NCBI GenBank assembly: GCA_018970425.1
Contig: JAGWWK010000001.1
Location: forward strand, 144,845 to 208,844
Direction of reading: 5' to 3'
Origin: Patescibacteria group bacterium
GTDB lineage: Bacteria > Patescibacteriota > Minisyncoccia > Phycocordibacterales > Phycocordibacteraceae
Length of the DNA: 64,000 bases
Part shown: piece by piece, positions 37,100 through 48,358 of the stretch
Layout of the letters: each line of letters opens with the position of its first letter
How positions within the stretch are numbered: the stretch's first letter is position 1
The notes under the pieces: generated by a model
Database searches by the model: none
Told to the model about the DNA's origin: nothing
Seen by the model: the letters and a program-made list of their open reading frames with translations, nothing else
Program-made: the position numbers and the translations under genes

Positions 37100-38379
37100 C
37101 TGCGCAGGCGTCGTGCCTTGCCGTGCGTGCGGATCTTGTCTAGCGCCTTGGCTTCAATCTGGCGAATGCGCTCGCGCGTAACACCGAACTCCTGACCGAC
37201 CTCCTCAAGCGTGTGGTACACACCGTCGGTAAGTCCGTGACGCATTTCAAGAATCTTACGCTCCTTCGGGGAGAGGTCGTCAAGTATCTGGTGCAACTGC
37301 TCGACCAAGATGCGGTGCGAGGTTTCCTGGTCTGGCGATGGCAGTGTGTGGTCAGCAACAAAGTCCCCACGCGCTGACGCATCATCATCAGACTCCGATG
37401 ACGAGATAGGCGCCTCGAGAGAAAGCGTTTCCTGGTTTATTTGCTCAATCTGGTAGATCTTTTCGGTTTCAACCCCCATCTCGGCCGCTACCTCCTCCGG
37501 CATCGGGTCACGCCCTAAATCTTGCTCAAGTCGTCGCACTACTTGCTTGTACTTCGCGATGGTCTCAACCATGTGAACCGGAATGCGGATGGTGCGGCTT
37601 TGGTCTGCAAGTGCGCGCGTGATTGCCTGACGGATCCACCATGTCGCGTAGGTAGAAAATTTAAATCCTTTCGTAAAGTCGAACTTATCTACGGCTCGAA
37701 ATAGGCCGATATTCCCTTCCTGAATAAGGTCGAGAAGAGTCAAGTCAGATGAGCGGTTCGCGTACTTCTTGGCGATCGAGACCACAAGGCGCAAGTTTGC
37801 TCGCGCAAGCAGGTTCTTTGCCTCGTCATCGCCAGAGGCGATGCGCTTCGCAAGATCGCGCTCTTCTTGCGCCGTAAGCAGGGGGTACTGCCCGATCTCG
37901 CGCAAGTACATTTGAATTGAGTCGTGCGCCGAACCTTCGCCACGGTATGAACCGCGCATGACAACCTCGTCCGGCACCTCCTCAAGCATGCCACCCGACT
38001 CGAGGACATCTACCCCCGCAGTCTGCAGACGATCATATAAACTTTCGAGAAACACAACATTTTCTTCAATGGTCGGAAAGTCTTTCAAAATTTCGTTGTA
38101 GGTAATGTAGCCGCGCGCCTTCCCGCGCTCTATAAGGGCAGCGGCGCGTGTCTCAAGCGCTTGCGCTTTCGGGGTGAGGCGCACTTCTTTCTTCCGCTCG
38201 CGGCCTTTCTGGAGAGCGCGCGGTTTTACCCTCGCCTTCTGTACTACCTTTTTTTTGCTTTTCAGTTTCTGCTTAGGCTTCGCCTTTGACTGCACGCGCG
38301 GACGCGTAGCGCCTCGCGACGCGGGGCGGGGCTTCTTTGCCTTAGGTCGAACGCGCGCTTTAGAGCGATTTTTAGCCAT
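37093..38379 (-). CDS. rpoD: RNA polymerase primary sigma factor
   Basis: [55 protein letters not shown]; Lys/Arg-rich N-terminal tail. Confidence 0.96.
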   Translation of the reverse strand: MAKNRSKARVRPKAKKPRPASRGATRPRVQSKAKPKQKLKSKKKVVQKARVKPRALQKGRERKKEVRLTPKAQALETRAAALIERGKARGYITYNEILKDFPTIEENVVFLESLYDRLQTAGVDVLESGGMLEEVPDEVVMRGSYRGEGSAHDSIQMYLREIGQYPLLTAQEERDLAKRIASGDDEAKNLLARANLRLVVSIAKKYANRSSDLTLLDLIQEGNIGLFRAVDKFDFTKGFKFSTYATWWIRQAITRALADQSRTIRIPVHMVETIAKYKQVVRRLEQDLGRDPMPEEVAAEMGVETEKIYQIEQINQETLSLEAPISSSESDDDASARGDFVADHTLPSPDQETSHRILVEQLHQILDDLSPKERKILEMRHGLTDGVYHTLEEVGQEFGVTRERIRQIEAKALDKIRTHGKARRLRSY

Positions 38380-38395
38380 ATGGGTTAGTATGCCA

Positions 38396-40078
38396 CTATT
38401 TTAGCTTTTTAGTAAGTACCGCGAGTTCATCCATCACCCGACGAGCCGCTTCAGCATCGTGCGCTCGTTCTGCCTCTTTGAGAGCACGCAACGCGGCATC
38501 GTACTCTTTTTTGACGCTCTGACGCTCAGGCTCGCGTTCGCTCACCAACCGCGCAACGCGCTCAGCGACCGAACCATCTTCTTGCGTAAAAAAATGTTCA
38601 GACGCATACATCCGAGCTGTTTCAATAAACGCCTCACCCTGTGCGGCAAGCTCGCTCCATCGCTCCGCACCGAACTCAACGGCAAATGCGGTCTCTATCG
38701 CTCTAGCAGATGCAGGATCCGATTCAGCGATTGTTGCCGCGACTCCGAAGAGTACAAGCTCGCGCGCATGAGGACCGAGGAGCGGATCGGCGTTCGTAGC
38801 GTAAGCTTCCCCGCTCGCTCTACGCGCTAGACCTCGTCGAACCGACTCTTCACTGACGCCAAGAACCTCTGCCGCATGTTTTACAAAGTACTCTTGCTCC
38901 ATGGGACTTCGAACCGCGCTTATGAGGGGGAGTACTGTTGTTTCAGCTTTCAAGAGCCTCTCGCGCGGATCGCGAGCAAGTGCCGTTTCTGAAAGGAAAA
39001 AGGTAACTGCGGGAACTGCGTTTCGCACTGCGGCTTTAAGTCCCTGAGGATCCGTGCTCGCCATATCCGCAGGGTCTAGACCGTTCGGTAAAGCAAGAAC
39101 CTTCACATTCATGTGAGCCGCGAGGCAGAGCTGTGACGCACGGTACGCTGCCGCTTTTCCGGCACGGTCGCCGTCGTAGGCAATCAGTACGTTTGGACTG
39201 TGGCGCTTGAGTGCCTCTACGTGGTGCTCGGAGAGTGCGGTACCGCTCGAGGCGACCGCTGATCGGTAGCCAAGCTGGTGCATGAGTACTAAGTCAACCT
39301 GCCCCTCGACAAGCATACTGAAGCCAAGCGTTCGAATACCGGCTTTCGCGTCCTGCATCCCGTAGAGCGCGCGAGATTTATCAAACAGTGGCCCATCTGG
39401 CGAATTTAAATACTTTGCCTGAGGCTCCGCTTCATCTTCAAAAATCCTACCGGAAAATGCGATGACTCGTCCTGACGGATCAAATAATGGAAACATAATC
39501 CGACCGCGAAAGCGGTCATATACGCGGTCACTGCTTTGAGTGTCAGGGCGCTTCACAAGTCCAGCTTTCAAGAGAACCTCATCGGTAAATCCGCGCGCAA
39601 CAAGCGCGTCTCGCAGAAAGCGCCACTCCTTTGGCGCATACCCGACCCGCCAGTGCGCGATCGTACCCGGCTCGATGCCACGCCCTGCAAGGTACGTGCG
39701 AGGATCATCGCGCGTTTTGAGTTCATCCTCAAACAAGGTGCATGCCGCCTCAAGAGCCGCGTATAATTCCGCGCGCTCATCTCGTGACTCGCGCGGTGCG
39801 CGCTCAAGCTCTATGCCCGCTCGCTCAGCAAGAATAGTGAGCGCGCCCCGGAAGTCTACCCCCTCCATCTCGGAGACAAAGGTAAACATGTCTCCACCCT
39901 TCCCGGTCGAGAAGCAGTGATACAAGCCCTTGTCTGGTGAGACGAAGAACGATGGCGTTTTCTCCTTCGTAAATGGGGAGAGGCCCTTGAAGTACTTCCC
40001 TGCGCGGGTAAGTTTTACATACCCGCCGACTACATCGACGATTGAGAGTCGATCCTTGATGCGGTCAATGTCCGACAT
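38396..40078 (-). CDS. dnaG: DNA primase
   Basis: [30 protein letters not shown]. Confidence 0.95.
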   Translation of the reverse strand: MSDIDRIKDRLSIVDVVGGYVKLTRAGKYFKGLSPFTKEKTPSFFVSPDKGLYHCFSTGKGGDMFTFVSEMEGVDFRGALTILAERAGIELERAPRESRDERAELYAALEAACTLFEDELKTRDDPRTYLAGRGIEPGTIAHWRVGYAPKEWRFLRDALVARGFTDEVLLKAGLVKRPDTQSSDRVYDRFRGRIMFPLFDPSGRVIAFSGRIFEDEAEPQAKYLNSPDGPLFDKSRALYGMQDAKAGIRTLGFSMLVEGQVDLVLMHQLGYRSAVASSGTALSEHHVEALKRHSPNVLIAYDGDRAGKAAAYRASQLCLAAHMNVKVLALPNGLDPADMASTDPQGLKAAVRNAVPAVTFFLSETALARDPRERLLKAETTVLPLISAVRSPMEQEYFVKHAAEVLGVSEESVRRGLARRASGEAYATNADPLLGPHARELVLFGVAATIAESDPASARAIETAFAVEFGAERWSELAAQGEAFIETARMYASEHFFTQEDGSVAERVARLVSEREPERQSVKKEYDAALRALKEAERAHDAEAARRVMDELAVLTKKLK

Positions 40079-43000
40079 CTACGCGATATCTCGGGCGCGT
40101 TCAGCTTCACTTTCGTACGCTGCCGCGCGCTCAGCATCGCGGCGAGCACGGTCATCTTGGAACTCGCGGATCATTTTGTTCTTCTCGCTGCCGGCGTACC
40201 CTGTACCTGCCGGTATTGAGCGGCCAATAATCACGTTTTCTTTAAGTCCCTTAAGCGTGTCGACAGAGCCGCGCATCGCCGCAGTAATGAGCGTTCGTGT
40301 GGTGTGCTGGAATGATGCCGCAGAGAGGAACGACTTACGGTTCAGTGACACTTCGGTAATACCGAGGACGAGCTGTTCGTAGGTTGCTGGTTCGCGACCT
40401 GCCTCCTCGCACTGCCGGTTAGACGCGAGTAGGTGCGCAAGCTCGACGATGTCATTCTTTACAAACCCAGTATCACCCGCGACCTTAATGCGTGCGCGCG
40501 AGAACATCTGACGAATGATAACCTCCATGTGCTTGTGCGAGACAGAGGCGCCCTGTAGGTCGTAAATTTTTGAGACTTCGTCAATCATGTACTCCTGGAG
40601 TCGTGATGCTCCCGCGAGTTCAAAGAGCTCATCGAGGTTTGCCGAGCCGTCTGTGAGCGCTTGCCCGCGAACAACTTTTGCTCCTGCTTTTACGATAGCA
40701 ACGCGTCGCGCCGGTACTGGGTACTCAACACGGTCTCGCGTCTTTGATGCACCTTCCGAGCCCACATCAGGCAGAATCACGATAGTCTTAACGCCTGCCT
40801 CTTCACGTACCTCAATAACCTCACCGGTAACTGCGGACAACATGGCAGTGCCCTTCGGCGGACGCTTGTCGAAGATTTCCTCAACGCGCGGCAAGCCGTG
40901 CGTAATGTCGCCACCCACAGTTGCCGAACCTCCCGCGTGGAAGGTACGCATCGTGAGCTGCGTGCCCGGCTCCCCGATCGCCTGTGCGGCAATGGTACCG
41001 ATTGCCTCTCCGAGGTCAATCATATGCCGAGTTGCGAGGTCTGAGCCATAGCAGGCCTGGCAGATACCGCCCTGCGTCTCGCACGACATTGGCGAGCGAA
41101 CGTCGACTTCCGAAATCTGTGCCGCTGCGATTATGCGCGCGTCATCAGTCGAGAGGAGCGTTCCGCGCTTTAGCGTGCGTCCATCTACCTCAACTGCTTT
41201 GAGGAGTACGCGCCCCGCGATCAGTTTAGCGAGATCCGCCTCCATACCAGTTGAGCGGAGCTTGTGGATAGTGATACCTTTCTTTGTCCCGCAATCAGCC
41301 TCGGTGATGATAAGATCCTGCGCAACATCGAAGAGTCGGCGCGTCAGATACCCTGCAGCAGCGGTCTTCAATGCTGTGTCTGAGAGGCCTTTGCGCGCAC
41401 CGTGCGTAGTGGTGAAGTACTCAATCGGCGTCATGCCTTCCTTCATGGATGAGATGACGGGGAACTCAATAACCTCACCTCTCGTGTTCTGCATGAGGCC
41501 TTTCATACCAATCATTTCGGTCACGTTTCCGGCTGAACCTCGCGCTCCAGAGACTACCATCGTTGAGATGGATGAGCGCGGATCAAGCGACGCCATGGTG
41601 TACTTCTCAAGCTGTCCTTTAGCGTTCTGCCAGATCTCTATGATGAGACGCTTCTTCTCTTCAGCTGTCAGGAGACCATTAGCATATTCTTCTTGGATGC
41701 GGTGCGCCTCCTGTTGTGCCGCGGCGATAATGCCTTCCTTTTCTTTCGGAACGCGAACATCGTGCGCCGAGAATGATACTCCCGACTTAGTCGCGAAGGT
41801 AAATCCGAACTCCTTAATGCGGTCCAAGATCGGCGGTACGCGGTCAAGGCCGTACACGCGGATCATGTCTTCAACAATCTTTGAGAGGGATCCTTTCTTA
41901 ACCTCTTCATTGATGTACGGATAGTCAGCAGGGAGAATTGAGTTGAAGAGGAGTCGTCCGACCGTGGTCTCAAAGCGCTCACCATTCATCGCGGCATACT
42001 TTGCCTTGCCTGGTGTCGGAAGAACAGAGACTTTAGCCTGGAGCGAAACATCACCGAAGTCGTACGAGAGAATCGCGGCGTTCGGCGATGAGAAATATTT
42101 CCCCTCTCCTGGTGCGCCGGCAATAAGTCGAGTCATCCAGAAGATGCCGAGCGTAATGTCCTTGTCGACTGATACGACTGGAAGACCGCTACCAGGCTTC
42201 AAGACGTTCTTATTAGCGGAGAGAATGTGCTCTGCCTCAAGCTGTGCTTCGTCAGAAAGTGGTACGTGGACCGCCATCTGGTCACCGTCGAAGTCGGCGT
42301 TAAATGCCTGACAGACGAGCGGATGAAGCTGGATAGCGTTGCCCTCAATAAGTACCGGTCTGAATGCCTGAATACCCTGGCGGTGCAGAGTCGGAGCGCG
42401 GTTCAAGAGTACGTGGCGGCCTGAAATAACCTCTTCAAGAATTGCCCATACTTCAGGAATACCTTCTTCAACCAAGCGCCCGGCGCCGCGGATGTTGAAC
42501 GCCAGCTCGCGCTCAATGAGCTTCGAGATAATAAACGGACGGAATAATTCAAGTGCCATATGCTTTGGCAGACCGCACTGATCAAGTTCAAGGTCAGGAC
42601 CTACGACAATCACTGAGCGTCCCGAGTAGTCGACGCGCTTGCCGAGAAGGTTAAAGCGGAAGTATCCCTGCTTTGCCTTCAGGTAGTCAGCGAGTGACTT
42701 GAGCGGTCGCTTAGTTTGTGCGGACTGGGCGCCTGCGGCCTGGCCACGGCGGATCGAGTTGTCGATGAGCGCGTCGACTGCTTCTTGCAGAATGCGCTTT
42801 TCATTTCTGAGAATCACTTCAGGCGCGCGAATGTCGCGGAGTTTCTGCAGGCGGTTGTTGCGGTTAATGACGCGGCGGTAGAGGTCGTTGACGTCTGACG
42901 TCGCGTGACGACCTGACTCAAGCGCGACCATCGGGCGCAGTGCTGGCGGCGTAACGGGAATACGCGTAAGGAACATCCATTCCGGCCGAATGCCGGCTTG

Positions 43001-43789
43001 AATCATGCTTTTGATGAGCGAGAGTCGCTTGGATACCTTTTCGCGATCAGAACCCTCCTCGAGCTCTTTCTCAAGCTCTTTCGCGAGTGCTTCGAGGTTG
43101 AGAGACTTAAATATTGAGTAGATTGCCTCAGCACCGATGCCTGCCTCAAAGAATGTGCCGTACTTCACCGTAAAGCGGTGGTACTCAAGTTCATCAAGGA
43201 CAACGCCCGGCCTGATACGCTCAACATCTGCTTTCGCGGCGGTCAGAAGCGCTTTTAGTTCAGTGACCGCTTTTTCATTCGTCAATGCTTTTGACTTCGC
43301 GCGGAACTCTGCATCGAGGTCGTCAAGGATGCGCTGCTTTTCGTCCGCAACGATCTTGGTCACAATGTAGCCGGCGAAGTAAATCACCTTTTCAGCGTCG
43401 AGCGCAGAGATACCCAGGACCAATGCTATTCGGCTCGGTACTGAGCGAAGGAACCAGATGTGCGCCACCGGAGACGAAAGCTCAATGTGACCCATGCGCT
43501 CACGGCGCACGATTGCACGCGTAACCTCAACGCTACACTTCTCGCAGACGATTCCGCGGAATCGCGGACCTTTGTACTTTCCGCAGTAGCACTCGTAATC
43601 CTTTTCAGGACCGAACACCGCCTCATCAAAGAGGCCGTTTTTCTCCGCGCGCTGCGTGCGATAGTTAATGGTCTCGGGCTTTCTAACCTCGCCCCACGAC
43701 CACTCTAAAATCTTTTCCGGACTTGCGACTTTGAGTCCGATCCAGTCGAACTGTGTCGTATCCGCTACCTTGCCTCTTTTTTGATCCAT
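40079..43789 (-). CDS. rpoC: RNA polymerase beta' subunit
   Basis: KPETINYRT, CYCGKY, LLGKRVDYSGRS, NADFDGD, GEPGTQLTMRTFH. Confidence 0.98.
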   Translation of the reverse strand: MDQKRGKVADTTQFDWIGLKVASPEKILEWSWGEVRKPETINYRTQRAEKNGLFDEAVFGPEKDYECYCGKYKGPRFRGIVCEKCSVEVTRAIVRRERMGHIELSSPVAHIWFLRSVPSRIALVLGISALDAEKVIYFAGYIVTKIVADEKQRILDDLDAEFRAKSKALTNEKAVTELKALLTAAKADVERIRPGVVLDELEYHRFTVKYGTFFEAGIGAEAIYSIFKSLNLEALAKELEKELEEGSDREKVSKRLSLIKSMIQAGIRPEWMFLTRIPVTPPALRPMVALESGRHATSDVNDLYRRVINRNNRLQKLRDIRAPEVILRNEKRILQEAVDALIDNSIRRGQAAGAQSAQTKRPLKSLADYLKAKQGYFRFNLLGKRVDYSGRSVIVVGPDLELDQCGLPKHMALELFRPFIISKLIERELAFNIRGAGRLVEEGIPEVWAILEEVISGRHVLLNRAPTLHRQGIQAFRPVLIEGNAIQLHPLVCQAFNADFDGDQMAVHVPLSDEAQLEAEHILSANKNVLKPGSGLPVVSVDKDITLGIFWMTRLIAGAPGEGKYFSSPNAAILSYDFGDVSLQAKVSVLPTPGKAKYAAMNGERFETTVGRLLFNSILPADYPYINEEVKKGSLSKIVEDMIRVYGLDRVPPILDRIKEFGFTFATKSGVSFSAHDVRVPKEKEGIIAAAQQEAHRIQEEYANGLLTAEEKKRLIIEIWQNAKGQLEKYTMASLDPRSSISTMVVSGARGSAGNVTEMIGMKGLMQNTRGEVIEFPVISSMKEGMTPIEYFTTTHGARKGLSDTALKTAAAGYLTRRLFDVAQDLIITEADCGTKKGITIHKLRSTGMEADLAKLIAGRVLLKAVEVDGRTLKRGTLLSTDDARIIAAAQISEVDVRSPMSCETQGGICQACYGSDLATRHMIDLGEAIGTIAAQAIGEPGTQLTMRTFHAGGSATVGGDITHGLPRVEEIFDKRPPKGTAMLSAVTGEVIEVREEAGVKTIVILPDVGSEGASKTRDRVEYPVPARRVAIVKAGAKVVRGQALTDGSANLDELFELAGASRLQEYMIDEVSKIYDLQGASVSHKHMEVIIRQMFSRARIKVAGDTGFVKNDIVELAHLLASNRQCEEAGREPATYEQLVLGITEVSLNRKSFLSAASFQHTTRTLITAAMRGSVDTLKGLKENVIIGRSIPAGTGYAGSEKNKMIREFQDDRARRDAERAAAYESEAERARDIA

Positions 43790-43804
43790 AGGTGTGGGAT
43801 AAGG

Positions 43805-46800
43805 TTATGTAATTTTGTCTTCAGTCGGTCGACCCTTGCCGAGGACTACGTCTAGCGCAAGACCTCGCAGGTGGTTAACAAGCACGTTGAATGCCGCAGG
43901 CGTGTGCATGTCGCCTATAGCTCGGCCTTTCACGATAGCGTCAAAGGCTGCGGATCGCCCCTGAATGTCGTCGGACTTAATCGTGAGCATTTCTCGCAGG
44001 ATGTGTGATGCGCCGTAGCCGAGGAGTGCCCAGACCTCCATCTCTCCAAAGCGTTGACCGCCGTTTTGCGCCTTACCGCCAAGAGGCTGCTGCGTAATCA
44101 GCGAGTATGGCCCAATCGAGCGCATGTGTATCTTGTCTTCCACCATGTGGTGAAGTTTGAGCACGTACATGTATCCGACCGCAACATCCTGAGCAAATTT
44201 TTCACCGGTGCGTCCGTCATAGAGCGGCATCGTACCCGACTCGTTATAGCCCGCGCGCACAAGCTCCTCGCGGATTTCCGTATCTGTCGCGCCCGCAAAT
44301 GGCGGCACGATTGCCTGGTACCCCAAGGTATGCGCCGCGAGACCGAGGTGCATTTCAAGAATCTGACCGAGGTTCATGCGGCTCGGCACACCGAGCGGCG
44401 TAAGAATGATGTCTACGGGCTCGCCGTCTTCCGTGTACGGCATGTCCTCAACCGGCAACACGCGGGAAATAACGCCCTTGTTACCGTGGCGGCCCGCGAG
44501 CTTGTCGCCCACTGAGACGGAGCGGAGCTGCGCGACCGTAATGAATATTTTCTTTATAGTACCGCTCTCAAGCGAGTCACCGTTTTCGCGCGAGAATACC
44601 TTGACTCCAATCACGCGACCGCGCTTTCCGGAGTCCATGCGAAGCGATGTATCTTTCACATCCTTCGCCTTGTCGCCGAAAATCGATCGGAGGAGGCGTT
44701 CTTCCGGCGAGAGCTGTGTTTCACCTTTCGGCGTCACCTTACCAACGAGTATGTCGCCCGGTCGAACCTCTGCGCCGACGCGGATCACACCCTCTTCATC
44801 AAGGTTGCGGAGCTTCGTCTCAGATACGTTCGGAATGTCAGGTGTCGTTACCTCTGGCCCGAGCTTCGTATCGCGCACAGAGCACTCAAATTCTTCAATG
44901 TGAATGGTGCTGAACTTAGAGTCGCGTACGAGGCGCTCTGAAATGATGATGGCGTCTTCGTAGTTGTAACCCGACCAGGAGAGGAACGCGACACGCACAT
45001 TGTGTCCGAGCGCGATCTGTCCATTGACGGTCGAAGAGGTGTCCGCAAGAAGATCGCCGCGCTTCACTTTCTGATTGAGCTGTACCGCCGGTCGGTGGTA
45101 GAAGGCTGAGAACTCATTCGTCATCGAGAACGGCTGGAGTGTGTAGGCATGCTTCTTGCCATCCGCGTTCGTCACAACTATTTTTGACGCGTCTACAGCC
45201 GTCACACTGCCGGCCTCAGTCGCATAAATAAGACGGCCGGTGTCGCGAGCAGCAAGCTCTTCAACGCCAGTTGCAACGATCGGTGCCTCCGCGGCAACGC
45301 ACGGCGTTGCCTGCTTCTGCATGTTCGAACCCATGAGCGCGCGGTGCGCCGCATCGTTTTCCACAAACGGCACCATCGACGTAGCGACCGAGAACATCTG
45401 GTTGGTCGCGACATCCATGAGCTCAATCTCGTCGCGCGGAACAAGTACCGGTTCGCCCTGGTGACGCGCCTCAACAAACTCATCAAGGAGTGCGCCATTT
45501 TCACCCATTGGCACGGTTGCGTGCGCGATCGTAAAGGACTCTTCCTCAAACGCGTTCAAGTAGACCAAGTCATTCGAGACAATACCTTTAGAAACTTTGG
45601 CATACGGAGTTTCTATGATGCCGAAGTCATTGATGCGCGCGTACGATGCAAGGCGGAGAATGAGTCCGATGTTCGGACCTTCCGGTGTCTGAATTGGGCA
45701 CAGGCGTCCGTAGTGCGAGGTGTGCACGTCACGAACCTCAAAGCCTGCGCGCTCGCGTGTCAGTCCGCCTGGGCCAAGTGCTGAAAGTGTACGCAAGCTT
45801 TCGAGCTCTTCAAGAATGTTCTGCTGCTGCGCAAGCTGTGACAGCTGGTTCGCGGTGAAAAATTCTTTCACTGCCGCTGCAAACGGCCGCGGATTAATGA
45901 GCTGCGTCGGGAGCGTGGTCTCAACATCAATTGTCGACATCTTGTCTTGGATGTTGCGCTTCATGCGCGACAAGCCAACGCGTACACGCGCCTCAAGAAG
46001 CTCGCCAATCTGGCGCACGCGGCGGAACCCTAGGTGATCAATGTCGTCTGGCTTTCCATCGGGATCCTGGTTGAGCGCAAGAATGTTGCCTACAATCTTA
46101 ACGAGGTCGTCAAGATTTAGCGTGTGCCGAGCGAGCGAGTCCTTGTCCATCGGCAATTTGAAACGCTGGTTAAAGCGGTGCCGGCCCGGGTATGAGAGAT
46201 CATAGCGCTCTGCTGACAGAAGCCCTTCCACGTACTCGCGCGCAGTGTCTGGAGTAGCAAGGTCGCCATCTCGCTGGCGGCGATAGATTTCTATGCAGGC
46301 CTGCTCTGGCGTCTTTGCAACATCTTTGTCGAGCGTTGCCTGTAGAACCGCCTTGCCTCCCGGTATGTTCTCAAACAGGGTCAGCATGTCGCGATCAAAG
46401 GATGCGCCAAGTACGCGCAAAAGCATCGTGATCGGGAACTTGCGCTTTCGGTCAATCTTTACATACAGCGGACCTGTTGGGTCAGACTCGATTTCAATCC
46501 ACGCACCGCGTGCAGGGATAATCTTCGCCCCGAAAAAGAGGCGCCCCTTGGCCTCCTCAGCGGTGAAGAATACTCCGAAACTGCGCGCAAGCTGCGGGAC
46601 GACGATGCGCTCCACGCCGTTAATGATGAACGTGCCGTGGTCGGTCATGATAGGCATATCCGCAAGGAAGATCGACTGATCCTTCTTGGTGCCGAGGCCT
46701 TTGTTAGACAGGCGTACTGTCGCCTTAAGCGGCGCGTCAAATGTCTGCTTACTTCTCTTTGCCCCATACTCGTCAATCTTTGGCTCACCGAGCTCAAAGG

Positions 46801-46984
46801 AAACGAATTCCATCTCGAACTTCTTTTTTGAGTAGTCGAGAATGGGCGAAAACTCTTTAAAAAGATCAGCAAGGCCGGTCGTGACAAATGTCCGGAACGA
46901 TGCGACTTGCGGCGCGATGAGGTCAGGCATCGGGACGCGTGGTTCTCGGTATCGAGAGAACCGCTTTTGGGGCAGTTTCGCCAT
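43805..46984 (-). CDS. rpoB: RNA polymerase beta subunit
   Basis: GTFIINGVER, TPEGPNIGL, GDKLAGRHGNKG, GGQRFGEMEVWAL; start reassigned to ATG 46984. Confidence 0.98.
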   Translation of the reverse strand: MAKLPQKRFSRYREPRVPMPDLIAPQVASFRTFVTTGLADLFKEFSPILDYSKKKFEMEFVSFELGEPKIDEYGAKRSKQTFDAPLKATVRLSNKGLGTKKDQSIFLADMPIMTDHGTFIINGVERIVVPQLARSFGVFFTAEEAKGRLFFGAKIIPARGAWIEIESDPTGPLYVKIDRKRKFPITMLLRVLGASFDRDMLTLFENIPGGKAVLQATLDKDVAKTPEQACIEIYRRQRDGDLATPDTAREYVEGLLSAERYDLSYPGRHRFNQRFKLPMDKDSLARHTLNLDDLVKIVGNILALNQDPDGKPDDIDHLGFRRVRQIGELLEARVRVGLSRMKRNIQDKMSTIDVETTLPTQLINPRPFAAAVKEFFTANQLSQLAQQQNILEELESLRTLSALGPGGLTRERAGFEVRDVHTSHYGRLCPIQTPEGPNIGLILRLASYARINDFGIIETPYAKVSKGIVSNDLVYLNAFEEESFTIAHATVPMGENGALLDEFVEARHQGEPVLVPRDEIELMDVATNQMFSVATSMVPFVENDAAHRALMGSNMQKQATPCVAAEAPIVATGVEELAARDTGRLIYATEAGSVTAVDASKIVVTNADGKKHAYTLQPFSMTNEFSAFYHRPAVQLNQKVKRGDLLADTSSTVNGQIALGHNVRVAFLSWSGYNYEDAIIISERLVRDSKFSTIHIEEFECSVRDTKLGPEVTTPDIPNVSETKLRNLDEEGVIRVGAEVRPGDILVGKVTPKGETQLSPEERLLRSIFGDKAKDVKDTSLRMDSGKRGRVIGVKVFSRENGDSLESGTIKKIFITVAQLRSVSVGDKLAGRHGNKGVISRVLPVEDMPYTEDGEPVDIILTPLGVPSRMNLGQILEMHLGLAAHTLGYQAIVPPFAGATDTEIREELVRAGYNESGTMPLYDGRTGEKFAQDVAVGYMYVLKLHHMVEDKIHMRSIGPYSLITQQPLGGKAQNGGQRFGEMEVWALLGYGASHILREMLTIKSDDIQGRSAAFDAIVKGRAIGDMHTPAAFNVLVNHLRGLALDVVLGKGRPTEDKIT

Positions 46985-47087
46985 AGGCAGATGCGAGTAT
47001 GCGCGAAACACGCAAAAAAGCGCGTTTCGCTTTTCTCGAACGTTATGGAATTAAACTATCTAAAACCACCAAGGACTTAACTCATTC

Positions 47088-47113
47088 AAAAAGTGGTATC
47101 TCTAAGATACCGC
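47088..47113 (-). terminator. Probable intrinsic terminator after trmD
   Basis: GCGGTATC-TTAGA-GATACCAC-TTTTT on - strand. Confidence 0.6.
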
Positions 47114-47785
47114 ACCACCCCCAGGGAGGTCAATACCTGCTGTGGACGATCCTCGGCTCCGCTTCCAGGCCTCGATTTCAGCATGATTACCCGAGAGGAG
47201 TACCTTGGGCGCTCGGTACTTCTTGCCCTTGTAAACCAGTATTTCTGGGCGTGTGTACACCTCACTGCTTGAAACTCGCTCTTCCTCGATGGAGTCAAAT
47301 CGCCCTAGTACTCCCGGGATCTGCCGTGCAACTGCGTCTACAATTATCATAGCCGGCAACTCTCCGCCCGTAAGCGTGTAGGGGCCCACAGATAGTTTCT
47401 TGGCTTTAAGTATTTTCTGAACGCGCGCATCGATCCCTTCATAGTGGCCGCAGATCAAAATAATGTCCGCTACTTTTTTCTTCACAAGCTTTCGCGCACC
47501 CGCATTACTAAACTGCTCACCAGAGCGGTCGAAGAAATATACTTCTGCTTTCTTTGCACCTCGCGCCTTCTCAACTGCCTTGAGTACCGCTTCGGGCTCT
47601 AAGACCATGCCGGGACCGCCGCCGTATGGACGCCTATCGACGCGGTCAAACTTCTTTTTAGTGAAATCGCGCGGGTTGTAGAACTTCACTGAGATCTTTT
47701 TCTCCTTGCATGCGCGCCCAATGATAGATGCATGTAGGTAGGACTGAAACGCATCAGGAAATAAGGTGACTATATGAAACCGCAT
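47102..47785 (-). CDS. trmD: tRNA (guanine37-N1)-methyltransferase
   Basis: TLFP, PYGGGPGMV, CGHYEGIDAR, LTGGELPA, YTRP, LSGNH. Confidence 0.96.
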   Translation of the reverse strand: MRFHIVTLFPDAFQSYLHASIIGRACKEKKISVKFYNPRDFTKKKFDRVDRRPYGGGPGMVLEPEAVLKAVEKARGAKKAEVYFFDRSGEQFSNAGARKLVKKKVADIILICGHYEGIDARVQKILKAKKLSVGPYTLTGGELPAMIIVDAVARQIPGVLGRFDSIEEERVSSSEVYTRPEILVYKGKKYRAPKVLLSGNHAEIEAWKRSRGSSTAGIDLPGGGAVS

Positions 47786-47814
47786 GGCGCTACTGTAGCA
47801 TAGGTGCCTCAGTA

Positions 47815-47843
47815 TTGACTATATAATTTTATTATAGTATAAT
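47815..47843 (+). promoter_or_regulatory. Consensus sigma70 promoter with inverted repeat in the spacer
   Basis: TTGACT-17-TATAAT; TATAAT-TTT-ATTATA inverted repeat at 47822-47836. Confidence 0.65.
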
Positions 47844-47851
47844 ACATTATT

Positions 47852-48358
47852 ATGCCGAGCGCGCGTCGTGAGATTGTTTCCTACGGTATTACCGCTCTCG
47901 CTTCAGCAGGTGCGACATTTGCCTTTCTGCACGCTATGGCACTCTCCCCTGACCTTTTCGACGCATTTACCGATTCTCACACTGACAACCGCATTAGATT
48001 CGCACAAAAGAACCCGATCACGGCTTTTACCTCTGCGGTCGTCGTAATGCCGTTCGTTGAAGAAGCGATTTTCCGTCTGGCACCTGCTCTTGTGCTCGCC
48101 GCGCTTAATAAAAAGGACTCTGCGGCATACGCACTTACTGCGTCGCTACTGTCTTCCGGTGCCTTTTCTCTTTCGCACGACTTTAATCCGTGGACTGGTG
48201 TTATGCACTGGAACCGCATAGGTACTGAGAACCTCGGCCACTTTGCGATGGGGATGCTGTTTTGGGAAATAAACAAGCGTGCTGGTTTTAAGCACGCTGT
48301 AACCGCACATGCGACGATGAACGCATCAGTCCTCAGTGCCGCTCTGCGGATCTATTAA
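47852..48358 (+). CDS. CPBP/Abi (CAAX protease-like) intramembrane metalloprotease
   Basis: PFVEEAIFR, FSLSH, H..MN motifs. Confidence 0.85.
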   Translation: MPSARREIVSYGITALASAGATFAFLHAMALSPDLFDAFTDSHTDNRIRFAQKNPITAFTSAVVVMPFVEEAIFRLAPALVLAALNKKDSAAYALTASLLSSGAFSLSHDFNPWTGVMHWNRIGTENLGHFAMGMLFWEINKRAGFKHAVTAHATMNASVLSAALRIY

